A stretch of 53,071 nucleotides of DNA from a virus (Duplodnaviria > Caudoviricetes): positions 1 through 53,071 of IMG/VR virus record IMGVR_UViG_3300032216_000356. One strand, given 5' to 3'. Every line of letters begins with the position of its first letter. The stretch's first letter is position 1. This document shows, one piece after another, positions 20,238-29,861 of this stretch. A program made the position numbers and the translations under genes. A model generated the notes under the pieces. It saw nothing but the letters and a program-made list of their open reading frames with translations. It was not told the DNA's origin and made no database searches.

Positions 20238-21799
20238 GCTTCTATTTCCTCTCTATATAAGTCGACTAGCTTACTGTGCATATCCACCTTGCCTTGTAAC
20301 ATCTGATACATTTTCTTTTCGATTTCTGAACCTTGTAAGTGAACGACAGTCATCTTATTCTTTTGTCCTACACGATCTATTCGAGCTACGCATTGTAGGT
20401 ATGTTTCAACTGATAACACAGGAGACCAGAATACAACCGTGTTTGCCGCAGTTAACGTCACACCGTGAGAAGCGGCTTGTGGTTGAATGATTAAAGTTTT
20501 AGGATCTTCACTTGTTTGAAATCTAGTAATGATTGCCGCACGTTCGGTAGCTGATACTGACCCATTAATAATTTCATTAGTGATACTGTGTTTGTTTAGA
20601 TACCTTGAAAGTACTTCGATAGTATGCCGATACGGTACAAAGATAATAGTCTTATGTTCTGTTTCATCTAGTACCTCTTGTAAAGCCGCTAAGCGTGGAG
20701 ATATATCAAACTCAACAACTTCTTTTTTATCTGTATATACTGCGCCACCTGATATTTGTAATAGTTTATTAACGTTAGCTGCCGCATTAACTGCTGTAAC
20801 TTGAGCCCCCGCAGCTTCAATAAGCATATCGTTTTTTAAAACTTTATAATACTTTTCTACTTGCGGTGTAAGTGGTACATCTCTTGTTTGATACATAACA
20901 TCAGGCAAATCTAGACAATCTGCTTTAGCATATCGAATAGAAGGTTGAAGGGCTTTAAAGATTTCATCTTTAGCATTACGTTTTGGTAGCCATTTAAATC
21001 GAGTGACTTGATACATAACTTTATCGCGCCAACCTGCTGATACTTTAGGTACTCTATTAGGGCATACAAGCTTTGCTAAACCAAATGCATCAAGTGGTGA
21101 TTGTGCGGCAGGTGTGCCAGTTAGCATCCATAGTCGCGTAGAAGGTTTTAAAATTTTAGATAGTGTTTTCCATCTAGCGGTAGTAGGAGTTTTATATGCA
21201 TTGGCTTCATCGACTACTACTAAATCAAAATCTGCATTTGCAATAGCATCTCTGACTACAGCTACGCCATCGTAATTAATAATAACAAACTCATAGTCGC
21301 CGTTAATAATCTTTACTCGCTTCTCAGCTGGGCCGTGTGCAACTGCTGAGGTTCTATGCATACATGTATTAAAGACATCACCTTGCCAAGCTGAATACAT
21401 AATTGAAAGAGGACAAATAATTAATACTCGTTTAATTTCTCCTTGTTTCATTAAATAATCAGCCGCCCATAATACAGATGAAGTTTTACCTGTCCCTGCT
21501 TCATTGAAGCAAAAGGCTTTACGATTTATAGATAAGAATTCTGCGGTGGTTTTTTGATGATTGAATGGTTCGTAGAGACCTGGCCAGTTGTAATCTCTAA
21601 CCATAGGTGAAGGTAAGTAGTTTCTAAAGGATATTAATTGATTGAGTCTAGTCATTTCATCTAGACCCCAGTACACTAAAACATCAGCAAGATTACCTCG
21701 CTTTTCTAGCACCTCACTTTTTTCAATATTATCTGTAATGTGAGATACGATATGTTCAGGAACAGTGAGTTTTACTGCTTGGTTATCTAATATTTCCAT
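20234..21799 (-). CDS. SNF2-family (SF2) helicase
   Basis: EAGTGKT, VVVDEA, LTGTP, HGVTLT and QCVARIDRVGQ motifs. Confidence 0.9.
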   Translation of the reverse strand: MEILDNQAVKLTVPEHIVSHITDNIEKSEVLEKRGNLADVLVYWGLDEMTRLNQLISFRNYLPSPMVRDYNWPGLYEPFNHQKTTAEFLSINRKAFCFNEAGTGKTSSVLWAADYLMKQGEIKRVLIICPLSIMYSAWQGDVFNTCMHRTSAVAHGPAEKRVKIINGDYEFVIINYDGVAVVRDAIANADFDLVVVDEANAYKTPTTARWKTLSKILKPSTRLWMLTGTPAAQSPLDAFGLAKLVCPNRVPKVSAGWRDKVMYQVTRFKWLPKRNAKDEIFKALQPSIRYAKADCLDLPDVMYQTRDVPLTPQVEKYYKVLKNDMLIEAAGAQVTAVNAAANVNKLLQISGGAVYTDKKEVVEFDISPRLAALQEVLDETEHKTIIFVPYRHTIEVLSRYLNKHSITNEIINGSVSATERAAIITRFQTSEDPKTLIIQPQAASHGVTLTAANTVVFWSPVLSVETYLQCVARIDRVGQKNKMTVVHLQGSEIEKKMYQMLQGKVDMHSKLVDLYREEIEA

Positions 21800-21857
21800 A
21801 CTATCCTTAACTAAATTAACTAAGCCTATACAGGCTATACACTACGTCTATCTAACT

Positions 21858-21885
21858 ATTTTACTGCAACTAAACTATATGTCAA
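21858..21885 (-). promoter_or_regulatory. Sigma70-like promoter upstream of helicase
   Basis: Minus strand reads TTGACA-16 nt-TAAAAT in the intergenic gap. Confidence 0.55.
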
Positions 21886-22197
21886 CTATTTATTCTTACG
21901 TTCTCTTTTACTTATTTCAGATATTAGGTTACCTTTGGAATCTCTTTTGAATGAACGGTTCTTAGCCGCAGATTGAATTTTTAAACCGTCTTTATTTGAA
22001 CCACCCTTATCAAGGGCAACTACGTGTGCTACATCTTTACCTTTACGTTTAGGCGACTCTTTTGTTACTGTACCTGTATCCCGCTTATCGATAGCGCGAC
22101 GACCACGTTGTCTTTCCATGCGACGGTCGTGCTCACCCCTAGCAAGTTCTTGCTCATATTCTTTCTTGTAGGGTCGTGGTTTGTTTACGTAAGGCAT
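21886..22197 (-). CDS. HNH-like small basic protein
   Basis: DVAHVVALDKGGSN...NR degenerate HNH motif. Confidence 0.55.
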   Translation of the reverse strand: MPYVNKPRPYKKEYEQELARGEHDRRMERQRGRRAIDKRDTGTVTKESPKRKGKDVAHVVALDKGGSNKDGLKIQSAAKNRSFKRDSKGNLISEISKRERKNK

Positions 22198-22211
22198 GGT
22201 GATATTATATC

Positions 22212-22868
22212 TTAACTCTTATTAAATTCACAGGATTTTACAGGGCAATATCCACATAAAGGTGTAGGATTTGGTGTCCATATGTTAGATGTATATGAAT
22301 AATCAAGCCTTGTAAGTGGCGCTAAGAAGTGGCCCCAAGACTTATCTATGTCTTCTCGTTTATATTCTTCAGGGATAAATTGATTATGCGCTAAAAATAA
22401 TAACCCTGCCTTAATTTTATTTACTTGAGGAAAATGAGCAAACGTCATCAGTGCCATAAGTCTTAATTGTTTTGGGTCTGGGTACTTATTACTTCCTGTT
22501 TTATAGTCTACAATAAACGCAGTATCACCATCAACAATAAGCAAGTCAGTAATACCACGAACCCAACGGTTAGGGTCTTCAAATTCGCAAGGCGTTTTTT
22601 CTTTCGTAAGTGCCATTTCGTGTTCACAATATTTATCTCCTGGGATAGCAAGTAAATCATCTACTAAAGGTCTAAACTTCTGATAGTTTTTAGCAAGCTC
22701 GGTATTACTTCTTACATAGTCTTCTAATGCTTTATGAACCTCTTTACCATAAATAGTTTGAGGGGTATCTTGAAACGTATAATTCTTTAATACTCTAGTC
22801 TCTTGATACTTCTTAGCACAATTCATGTACTCTTTAAGAGATGAATAAGACCATGTAAATTCAGCCAT
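22212..22868 (-). CDS. PD-(D/E)XK nuclease (RecB/Cas4-like exonuclease)
   Basis: WSYSSL, G..VH..LE, GITDLL, IVDYKTG, QL..MA and C-terminal CGYC..C motifs. Confidence 0.85.
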   Translation of the reverse strand: MAEFTWSYSSLKEYMNCAKKYQETRVLKNYTFQDTPQTIYGKEVHKALEDYVRSNTELAKNYQKFRPLVDDLLAIPGDKYCEHEMALTKEKTPCEFEDPNRWVRGITDLLIVDGDTAFIVDYKTGSNKYPDPKQLRLMALMTFAHFPQVNKIKAGLLFLAHNQFIPEEYKREDIDKSWGHFLAPLTRLDYSYTSNIWTPNPTPLCGYCPVKSCEFNKS

Positions 22869-23050
22869 TAGATAGGAGTCCTTCTTGCAATCTCTTTAGC
22901 TATCTTTGCTTTTTTCTTGCCCGCTTCTGCTTTATCTAATAACTCATATAGTTTTTTCACGGGTAATGCTTTCAATCTATCTTTACCTGTTTTAGTTTTA
23001 AACGGATCAGCTTTGCGCTTACTTTTGTGTACTTGTGGTTGTGCCATCAT
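22868..23050 (-). CDS. Hypothetical basic protein
   Basis: Overlap-coupled in the operon. Confidence 0.5.
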   Translation of the reverse strand: MMAQPQVHKSKRKADPFKTKTGKDRLKALPVKKLYELLDKAEAGKKKAKIAKEIARRTPI

Positions 23051-23231
23051 CTACCTTTTGGACTTCGCCTGTTGATTTATTAAGTTCGTACTCAGCTAAC
23101 TTTTCATGTGTTTCTTTATGGTCTTTTAAATGCTTCCTAAAGATTAAGTCAAAGTTCTTTTCAAACATTTCATTGTTTGGTTTTGATTGTAACCAATCGC
23201 CTGTTGATTCATTTCGTGCGGTTTTACTCAT
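23019..23231 (-). CDS. Hypothetical protein
   Basis: ARNESTGDWLQSK..FEKNFDLIF pattern, coupled. Confidence 0.5.
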   Translation of the reverse strand: MSKTARNESTGDWLQSKPNNEMFEKNFDLIFRKHLKDHKETHEKLAEYELNKSTGEVQKVDDGTTTSTQK

Positions 23232-23721
23232 AATTAGTCCTTATGTCTATTAATAAATCTTCAAATGATAATTGATGTCTCTCTTTAGCAAACTCAATAC
23301 TGACTAGATATCGGGTAGCTTCAAAATTCATTACTGCATGTTCTGTCTGTGTATTAAATAAGTAATAGGTGGTAGGTTTATATACAAGTTCTTTTATTTT
23401 AAAAACTTGGTCATAATTTTCGTTGTCTTTAAAAACACATACACTTCTCATATTAGGCGTAAGTAACATATTAATCCCAACACCTCGTCTAGTATCCGTA
23501 TGCCAATCATAACAAGTATATGGGTCTAGTTTAAGAATACCTCCAACGAAATCGTATCGTTGTTTTAGCCATACAAAGAATTCGTCTTGGAATAATATTT
23601 CAGGTGGGATTAGCTTAGCTTTAAAATTAAAATAGTCTAACCATTCATCTGAATTATGTGCAACATCGAGTAACTTACTTGTAATACTAGATTTATTTAA
23701 TAGCTCATAGTAAGGTTTCAC
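23224..23721 (-). CDS. Putative cupin/2OG-Fe(II) oxygenase-like protein
   Basis: WHTD (HxD) plus downstream FNTQTEHAVMN..R pattern. Confidence 0.55.
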   Translation of the reverse strand: MKPYYELLNKSSITSKLLDVAHNSDEWLDYFNFKAKLIPPEILFQDEFFVWLKQRYDFVGGILKLDPYTCYDWHTDTRRGVGINMLLTPNMRSVCVFKDNENYDQVFKIKELVYKPTTYYLFNTQTEHAVMNFEATRYLVSIEFAKERHQLSFEDLLIDIRTNYE

Positions 23722-25589
23722 TAACAGTCTCCATAACTTTTACCATGCTTAGCCTCACACGCTACAGGCAGTTCTTCCGCCCAAGCAGGAGCAGTCGACA
23801 TAATATCAGTAATATATTTTGTAGCCTCATCAATCTCTTGACTAGGGATTACGCAAACAACCGCATCATGTACAGTCAGCACAGGTTTATACTTATCATT
23901 AATCTTAATCATTTGTTCGCCTACTACAATACGAGCAAGGGCTTGAACAACATTTTCAACTACTGAGCCACCCCATAAAGAGATATACCCTTTTCTAGAT
24001 TTATATACAAATTTATCTTTACCCTCAACTTTTTCTTTCTTTAGCTCTGGGTAATGAATATATAATCCATTAGGTAGTTTAATCCCTTCTTTAGTAACGA
24101 GCAAGCATTTATGTTTACCTAAGTAATAAGGTTTCATTTCTTCACCCCAATTAGCCATGTCTGCTAATGCTCTATCACAGTCTGCCCATAGTTTAATAAC
24201 CTTGTCATTAATACGTCTGTATACTTTAACTAAGTTTTGACAATCTTCATCAGGCAAGTCAGCTCCAGGAGGTTGTGTCTTTAGAGTATGTTGTAGTTTA
24301 GACCACCCTGTGCCATAACCTAAACCTAACGTACAAGTTTTACCAACAAATCTTTCTACTGGATCAGATTTAGTGATAGTTCTACCATATACATTTGATG
24401 CAAACTCACAGTAAACATCTCGTTCATCTTTATATAATTGCACAATATCGTCTTGACCAGCTAGCCATACAAGTATCCGAGCTTCAATCTGAGATGAGTC
24501 ACAGTTAATAACTTTATGACCTGACGGAGCTTCAATCGCATTCTTTAATGCTTTCTTTTTCTTATCACGACTTGGTAAGTTTTGGAAGTTAACCTTATCA
24601 CTACCTGCCCAACGCCCTGTATGAGCACCATAATATTTAAGCGGGATAGGAAGTTTAGTCTTATTCCTCGCGCCAATATCCAAGAATCTTTTAATACGTG
24701 ATTCCTCAATCGTTGACTTAGTGCCTAGACGAACAGCACATAACTCTTGAATAAATGGGTCTTGATGCTCTGTTAATTCAATAAACCCTGTATCGTTCTT
24801 AGCCAATGCAAATGTTTCTTTGCCTGTCGTTGGAGAAATTTTCATAGGAACAGGGATATTTAATTCAGTTAAAAGCTCTGCGAATTGTTTATTAGACGCT
24901 AACTTTTTACGGACACATTCCTCGTCTTCACAATTTAGTTTATTCATCAACGCGCCTAGTACCTCTTTCTTTTCCGCTTCGACTTCTTCTAGTCTTGCAG
25001 TTAAAAGGGCATCATCAAGGACAAGGCTTGGTTGTGTATACATTCGAAGGGTAATATCAATTAGCTTTAACTCATTAGTAGGAAAGTCTTGTGATAATAC
25101 ATTATATAATTTATAGGTAAGTTCTACGTCATTCTTACAATATTCACCATATTGTTTTAAATCCTCATGATTAAAGTCTTCTAAGCGTTTACCTTTGGCA
25201 TCTACAACTTCTGTACCTTTTCTACCTAAGTTATAACGTTCCACAAGAGATGCAAGAGAGCCACCAACATCCACACCGTGCTTAGCGCGAGCCATGCCGA
25301 GAGTGTCCAAATAAATAGCAGGAATAATATTGAACACAAACGATAGAATAGCTCCATCAAATTGTGTGTTGTGACATAGCAGGATAGCTTCTCCCCAATT
25401 AATTCGGTCAAGCTCTGCTTTAATATGATTATGTGTGCCTGTAACCCATCGAGTTTCTTGATCGTCAACTTTAATACCCACGCCAATAACTTGGAAGCGT
25501 TCATCGCGTATGTATTCCTCTGTGGTTAGGTTTGATAGACTAAAACCCTGTTCATAAAAGGTTTCAAAGTCGAGTGTGATTAGATTCAT
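23721..25589 (-). CDS. polA: Family A DNA polymerase with 3'-5' exonuclease domain
   Basis: Exo motifs DFET and HN..FD. Polymerase motifs TGRW, NFQNLP, A DSSQIEAR, B R..GKTCTLGLGYG and C VHD. Confidence 0.92.
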   Translation of the reverse strand: MNLITLDFETFYEQGFSLSNLTTEEYIRDERFQVIGVGIKVDDQETRWVTGTHNHIKAELDRINWGEAILLCHNTQFDGAILSFVFNIIPAIYLDTLGMARAKHGVDVGGSLASLVERYNLGRKGTEVVDAKGKRLEDFNHEDLKQYGEYCKNDVELTYKLYNVLSQDFPTNELKLIDITLRMYTQPSLVLDDALLTARLEEVEAEKKEVLGALMNKLNCEDEECVRKKLASNKQFAELLTELNIPVPMKISPTTGKETFALAKNDTGFIELTEHQDPFIQELCAVRLGTKSTIEESRIKRFLDIGARNKTKLPIPLKYYGAHTGRWAGSDKVNFQNLPSRDKKKKALKNAIEAPSGHKVINCDSSQIEARILVWLAGQDDIVQLYKDERDVYCEFASNVYGRTITKSDPVERFVGKTCTLGLGYGTGWSKLQHTLKTQPPGADLPDEDCQNLVKVYRRINDKVIKLWADCDRALADMANWGEEMKPYYLGKHKCLLVTKEGIKLPNGLYIHYPELKKEKVEGKDKFVYKSRKGYISLWGGSVVENVVQALARIVVGEQMIKINDKYKPVLTVHDAVVCVIPSQEIDEATKYITDIMSTAPAWAEELPVACEAKHGKSYGDC

Positions 25590-25858
25590 AAGGTTGCTAA
25601 TATTAGCAGAACAACTACTACTATGACAAGCATTATTCTTTCGTTACGTTTTTCGTGTTTATGAGTTAGGTCAGTTTTATATGGCGCGCCCCACGCTTCT
25701 CTTGCACTTCGTGGTGTTGGTTTTTCAAGGGTGTCAGGCTGAAAAAATCTCCAACCTTTCTTTGCGTTTTTAGCAAATACTTTACGTTGCCATGCTTCAA
25801 ATTCTCTTATTGCTAAACGTGCTTCGGGATTAAAGTTATTATAATTTGCATCTGCCAC
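25586..25858 (-). CDS. Hypothetical protein with C-terminal TM helix
   Basis: Likely GTG start at 25858 with AGGAG RBS (the longer ORF overlaps the upstream gene). Ends in IMLVIVVVVLLILATL. Confidence 0.55.
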   Translation of the reverse strand: MADANYNNFNPEARLAIREFEAWQRKVFAKNAKKGWRFFQPDTLEKPTPRSAREAWGAPYKTDLTHKHEKRNERIMLVIVVVVLLILATL

Positions 25859-25871
25859 AATTTTTCTCCTT

Positions 25872-26066
25872 TTATTTTGCGTATTTTTCAAATTCATTAC
25901 GGCACTCGGTAGAACACCAACGGCGGTCGTCTTTGACTGGGTCTTCACACCATATGCACTTCCCCGTTTGATTAGAAGGTTTTTTGATTTTATCGTGCGC
26001 ATTTCTTACTCCCATATCAATCATGTGTTGCATTAAATCATTGGCTACGTCGGCATCATCACTCAT
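25872..26066 (-). CDS. TraR/DksA-family C4 zinc-finger transcription factor
   Basis: MSDDADVA carries the TraR D-x-x-D-x-A motif, followed by a helix and CIWC...CSTEC. Confidence 0.7.
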   Translation of the reverse strand: MSDDADVANDLMQHMIDMGVRNAHDKIKKPSNQTGKCIWCEDPVKDDRRWCSTECRNEFEKYAK

Positions 26067-26263
26067 CTATTTCTCATTCCATATGGTGTAGCGGGAGGTA
26101 AACTTAAATACCCTTGACGTTCAAGACTTTTTAATCTGTGTAAATTAGTTACGCAATCTTGAATAATATCTTTTCTAGTGCATCTAGGATTTGAAGTCAT
26201 ATATCTTTTAATAAACTCTGCTTGTCTTTGTTCTTCTAATACCGTATACATTAAAACAGACAC
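26063..26263 (-). CDS. Hypothetical protein (possible winged HTH)
   Basis: Coupled small ORF. Confidence 0.45.
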   Translation of the reverse strand: MSVLMYTVLEEQRQAEFIKRYMTSNPRCTRKDIIQDCVTNLHRLKSLERQGYLSLPPATPYGMRNR

Positions 26264-26433
26264 TCTCCTACTAATTGAAATAAATCTTCTTTAACTTCTT
26301 TTGGTTTATCTAGTTTAATTACTTTAACATCAGGATTGTTCTCTGTAAACCACTTAGCCTCCTTGACAGACCAACGATGTTTACGTATAACCTCTCCCTC
26401 GTCATCAATTATTGCATAGCTAAACGGTATCAT
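26251..26433 (-). CDS. Hypothetical protein
   Basis: Coupled small ORF. Confidence 0.45.
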   Translation of the reverse strand: MIPFSYAIIDDEGEVIRKHRWSVKEAKWFTENNPDVKVIKLDKPKEVKEDLFQLVGECLF

Positions 26434-26647
26434 TTTTATCTAATTCTTCATTATGTCTTGCGACTTCGTTAGTTGCATAATTAATTCCTTTGATAATGCC
26501 TAATCGCATCGCTGTATAAAACATCTTAGCATCGGCTTCTTTGCGTTCCCTTTTATACACATCTGCGTATTTATAATATTCAGGGATAGCCATATCAATA
26601 ATGTCCTGTTCAAATCTTTGTTTCTTTTCTGCTAATGTATCAGTCAT
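26420..26647 (-). CDS. Hypothetical protein
   Basis: Coupled small ORF. Confidence 0.5.
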   Translation of the reverse strand: MTDTLAEKKQRFEQDIIDMAIPEYYKYADVYKRERKEADAKMFYTAMRLGIIKGINYATNEVARHNEELDKNDTV

Positions 26648-26853
26648 TAAAAATTCCTTTGTTCAAAACATTCTAAGTGTGACTTTATATAAAAGTTTGG
26701 TCTTATTTCTTCATAAAGTTCACCTTGCACACACTTGAGGTTCATACTATATTTCTTTTGCACATGGATAGATTGCATAACTGCCCATGTAAGCAACGCG
26801 CCTAATATAAATCCTACTATGGTATACCCTGTGCCTTCGTATTTATTATCCAT
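26647..26853 (-). CDS. Small membrane-anchored protein
   Basis: N-terminal TM segment and two Cys, coupled. Confidence 0.5.
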   Translation of the reverse strand: MDNKYEGTGYTIVGFILGALLTWAVMQSIHVQKKYSMNLKCVQGELYEEIRPNFYIKSHLECFEQRNF

Positions 26854-27092
26854 TACAATCCTCCGTTAGCTTCAATCATTCGTTGTGTTGATTCTCTATA
26901 GCTTTTAATCCCTGTAATCTTTTCAGCTTGTGAATCATCTTTGTATAGTGGTGTTATCACTATATTATGTTTTTTTGTAGGCAAGTCTTTTATCCATGAT
27001 AGTTCCTTCGGTCTAGTTTGCATGATAGATGACCATACAAGTTCTCCTTGACTATTGAATTCTTCGATTGCCCATGCGTATGGGTCTTTCAT
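26853..27092 (-). CDS. Hypothetical protein
   Basis: RBS AAGGA, coupled. Confidence 0.5.
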   Translation of the reverse strand: MKDPYAWAIEEFNSQGELVWSSIMQTRPKELSWIKDLPTKKHNIVITPLYKDDSQAEKITGIKSYRESTQRMIEANGGL

Positions 27093-27101
27093 ATGATGTC
27101 C

Positions 27102-27455
27102 TTAGTAAAATACATGGTTGTTTATTATAACACGAGGTTTCATTCCCCATTGGTTGTTGAGTGCAACATTGTGAAAATTTGTTGCGCCTTTAGAATAATC
27201 TCTCGCCTTAAGATTTATTATCTCATAAGCCAGTCTGTAATATATAGTATCTTTTAGAGCCGACGGCTCAGGTGGCTTTAGTTTACCATACCATGAAAAC
27301 TGATAAGGCTTTTTCATTTCTGCGCAAATGTATTGTGGTTTGAATTCAGCTCGTCGATATAATACGTAGCCTACTGCAAGTTTACCTGCTACAGGTTCTC
27401 CCCTTGCTTCCATAAAAATTGTTTGCGCAAGACACGCTAACGCTTGGTCTAACAT
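27102..27455 (-). CDS. SleB-like cell wall hydrolase (Hydrolase_2)
   Basis: CLA.TIF.EARGE, QFSW, GAT.FH and I.NHVFY motifs. Confidence 0.88.
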   Translation of the reverse strand: MLDQALACLAQTIFMEARGEPVAGKLAVGYVLYRRAEFKPQYICAEMKKPYQFSWYGKLKPPEPSALKDTIYYRLAYEIINLKARDYSKGATNFHNVALNNQWGMKPRVIINNHVFY

Positions 27456-27502
27456 AATGACCTCCTTAAAAAGAAACCAGTTACCTAATTTACTTCTTTA
27501 GA

Positions 27503-27763
27503 TTATTTAATATTGGATAAAAACTTTTTGAGTTCCGTGGCGTACCAAACTATCTTACCTGCGTCTTCGGCAGGGTTACCTTTAAGACCAATTCGGCTTG
27601 TGTATTTGAGAATGTTACCTCTGAGATAGCCAATGTATTCTTCACCTGACATCTTGGCTCTGATGTAGTCTATTGTTTCAATTCCACCCTGTGTGTAGTG
27701 TGGTGGGTGGTTTACCATGTCTGCTGTAATAGGTGTTGCGCCTGCGCCTTGTGTTTCTGTCAT
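27503..27763 (-). CDS. DUF3310 / T7 gp1.7-like nucleotide kinase
   Basis: VNHPPHYTQGGIETIDYI...GNILKY..R..K..ED..K..WY. Confidence 0.85.
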   Translation of the reverse strand: MTETQGAGATPITADMVNHPPHYTQGGIETIDYIRAKMSGEEYIGYLRGNILKYTSRIGLKGNPAEDAGKIVWYATELKKFLSNIK

Positions 27764-28047
27764 ACTATCTCCTTTAACTGAGCTAATAACTCTTCTATAT
27801 TACCTTCATTTATTACAATTGCCAAGCCATTTGCCTGTCTTATTAAGTCCATGTTGTATTTTTGCAACGCCGTTAATGTGTTCTTCCCTGCTTTACATTC
27901 TATAGCGATAAATAATCCCTTGTAGCAGGCGATGATGTCAGGTACTCCACTCTTACCATAACCTCCAGTTTGAGGGGAGAAATGATAGCAACCTAGGTCG
28001 TCTAGAATTTGTTTTACTTTCTTTTTTACTTTTGCTTCTGGTGTCAT
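27760..28047 (-). CDS. VRR-NUC domain nuclease (resolvase-like)
   Basis: TPEAKVK, GVPDII and FIAIECKAGK..TALQ motifs. Confidence 0.85.
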   Translation of the reverse strand: MTPEAKVKKKVKQILDDLGCYHFSPQTGGYGKSGVPDIIACYKGLFIAIECKAGKNTLTALQKYNMDLIRQANGLAIVINEGNIEELLAQLKEIV

Positions 28048-28417
28048 GTTTATCCTTATTTAGTGATTCACCTCGTAGTGAATTCAAATCTGTTTCGTGT
28101 AAGACTATAATATATAACGAGGGTGCTACTTGCCATGCTATGTTCTCTAAGTCTTTCATATCGTCAGGGCATATATACAAATCAGGGTCTTGTATTATCC
28201 ATGTATCTACTACTATATTTCCTGTCGGTTCATGATGTTGAGCCTTAGCCTTAGCAAAGGGAAGTTTCATTCTAATAAATATAGGTAACGTGTCATCTGT
28301 AAATTTCCTTGTATAGTTTTTATCTACGCAAACTACGTAGCTACCATCTGTATGCCACATCGGCACTCTCCAATGCTTCTTGAGAATATGGTGTGGCATA
28401 GGGCAATATACTTTCAT
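27953..28417 (-). CDS. Hypothetical protein
   Basis: 154-aa ORF on the operon strand. Confidence 0.5.
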   Translation of the reverse strand: MKVYCPMPHHILKKHWRVPMWHTDGSYVVCVDKNYTRKFTDDTLPIFIRMKLPFAKAKAQHHEPTGNIVVDTWIIQDPDLYICPDDMKDLENIAWQVAPSLYIIVLHETDLNSLRGESLNKDKHDTRSKSKKESKTNSRRPRLLSFLPSNWRLW

Positions 28418-28430
28418 GTAACCCTTTCTA

Positions 28431-29489
28431 TTATGTTAGTCGTTCTACCATTTTACCATTAATTTTAATGTCTATGTTCCATGGTGAAGATTTAAAGTTT
28501 TCTAGATGTGTAAGATGTTTTTTAGTGAAAGTATCATGTTTGACTTGGATATGCTTAGCAAACTTTTTCTTAAAGCCATTAATCCAATCACTAGGTTGAG
28601 CCTGTCTACTCATGTAATAACCAATATTAAATGCTTTCATATACGCATATATAGCTTCAACAGGCTTCTCAAAAAATATCTTATCAGCTATTGATGTTGC
28701 GTTATCTCTTTGCTCTTTACCCCAATAATAATGGTTGTCAGACAAAGGTATAAGTTCATTCGTTACTTCTTCTTTATCTTGGTTAAAAGATTCTTTATCC
28801 ATGCAAGTTATAAAGGCGTATGCACCATTAAGTTTATCTTGATAGATACTCATGGCTTCTTTAGATTTCTTTCTATCTACTGTGTTATATGTGGCTATGT
28901 ATTTTGATGATGGGTGAACCTCCATAGTGTCCATGTTGAATCGCATATGTTTAAAGATTGGTATTCTTATATCTACGCCATTATCTCTACGACCATACAC
29001 AATACCACCATGAGCTATGCTTGATTGAAACACACCATTAGAATAACTATACGCAGAGAATATCATACGCATACCTTGATGAAAGTTATCAGTCACAATC
29101 TCTACTGTGTTATCTGACCTAATAATTAAATCTACCTTAGGGTTCTTAACATCTTTTTCGTAGTAGCCTGTAGGTTCATAGGTTCTTGCATCAGTATTCC
29201 ATTTCTCTTGTTCTCGCCATTTTTTAAGTTCTTTACTATCCATGCTACTTTTCTTGGTATTGAATTCTTCGGTAGTCATAGACTGCATTTCCCACTTGTG
29301 ATAGTAACCCACGTGATACTCTATCTCGCCATTCACTTCTCTCGGATAAAAGTATTTATAGTTATGGTTTCTATCGCTAAAGGGATACTTATCTATTGTC
29401 CCCCTCCAAGGCTTCTGTGTTTCTGTAATACGTTTTAGTCGTTCATACTTTAGTTCGTTATTCATCTTGTGTATGCCTTTCCTTTTCAA
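28431..29489 (-). CDS. Hypothetical early protein
   Basis: 352-aa ORF. Start is probably MNNELK near 29465. Confidence 0.6.
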   Translation of the reverse strand: MKRKGIHKMNNELKYERLKRITETQKPWRGTIDKYPFSDRNHNYKYFYPREVNGEIEYHVGYYHKWEMQSMTTEEFNTKKSSMDSKELKKWREQEKWNTDARTYEPTGYYEKDVKNPKVDLIIRSDNTVEIVTDNFHQGMRMIFSAYSYSNGVFQSSIAHGGIVYGRRDNGVDIRIPIFKHMRFNMDTMEVHPSSKYIATYNTVDRKKSKEAMSIYQDKLNGAYAFITCMDKESFNQDKEEVTNELIPLSDNHYYWGKEQRDNATSIADKIFFEKPVEAIYAYMKAFNIGYYMSRQAQPSDWINGFKKKFAKHIQVKHDTFTKKHLTHLENFKSSPWNIDIKINGKMVERLT

Positions 29490-29512
29490 AAAATGCTTCT
29501 TTGCCTTTGTAT

Positions 29513-29704
29513 TTAATCATCATATTCCTCATTATTTAAAGTTTTTATAATAAACTCTGCCCATGACTTTGCTCGTTTTTCATCAATCAATGAACCAATA
29601 TCTATTCCCATATCATCGGCAACCTCGTTAGCTTCTTGTAAGTCTTTACATTTACCTAAAGAATATATGTCGCCCTCATTGCTTATCCCATACCATTTAC
29701 TCAT
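29513..29704 (-). CDS. Hypothetical early protein
   Basis: RBS GGAGG. Confidence 0.5.
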   Translation of the reverse strand: MSKWYGISNEGDIYSLGKCKDLQEANEVADDMGIDIGSLIDEKRAKSWAEFIIKTLNNEEYDD

Positions 29705-29861
29705 ACTTCCTCCCTAGTTCCTCAAAAATTGTCTCTAATGACTTTGGTTCAAAGTCGTGTTTATTAAAATCAAATATTGTTTTCCTACCATTGGCATGTT
29801 TGACATACCCTTTCACTCTTACACTACTTACTATAATTTCTTTCTGTTTCTTATCACTCAT
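29697..29861 (-). CDS. Hypothetical early protein (54 aa; not in ORF track)
   Basis: MSDKKQKEII...ELGRKYE, with GGAGG RBS, overlapping both neighbours. Confidence 0.5.
   Translation of the reverse strand: MSDKKQKEIIVSSVRVKGYVKHANGRKTIFDFNKHDFEPKSLETIFEELGRKYE

Noticed and set aside
22212-22868. Cas4-like nuclease as part of a CRISPR system
   Set aside because: No cas1/cas2 or array. It is an ordinary phage replication-module exonuclease.
25859-26002. N-terminal extension of ORF 25586-26002
   Set aside because: Overlaps the TraR-like gene. A GTG with an AGGAG RBS at 25858 is the more plausible start.
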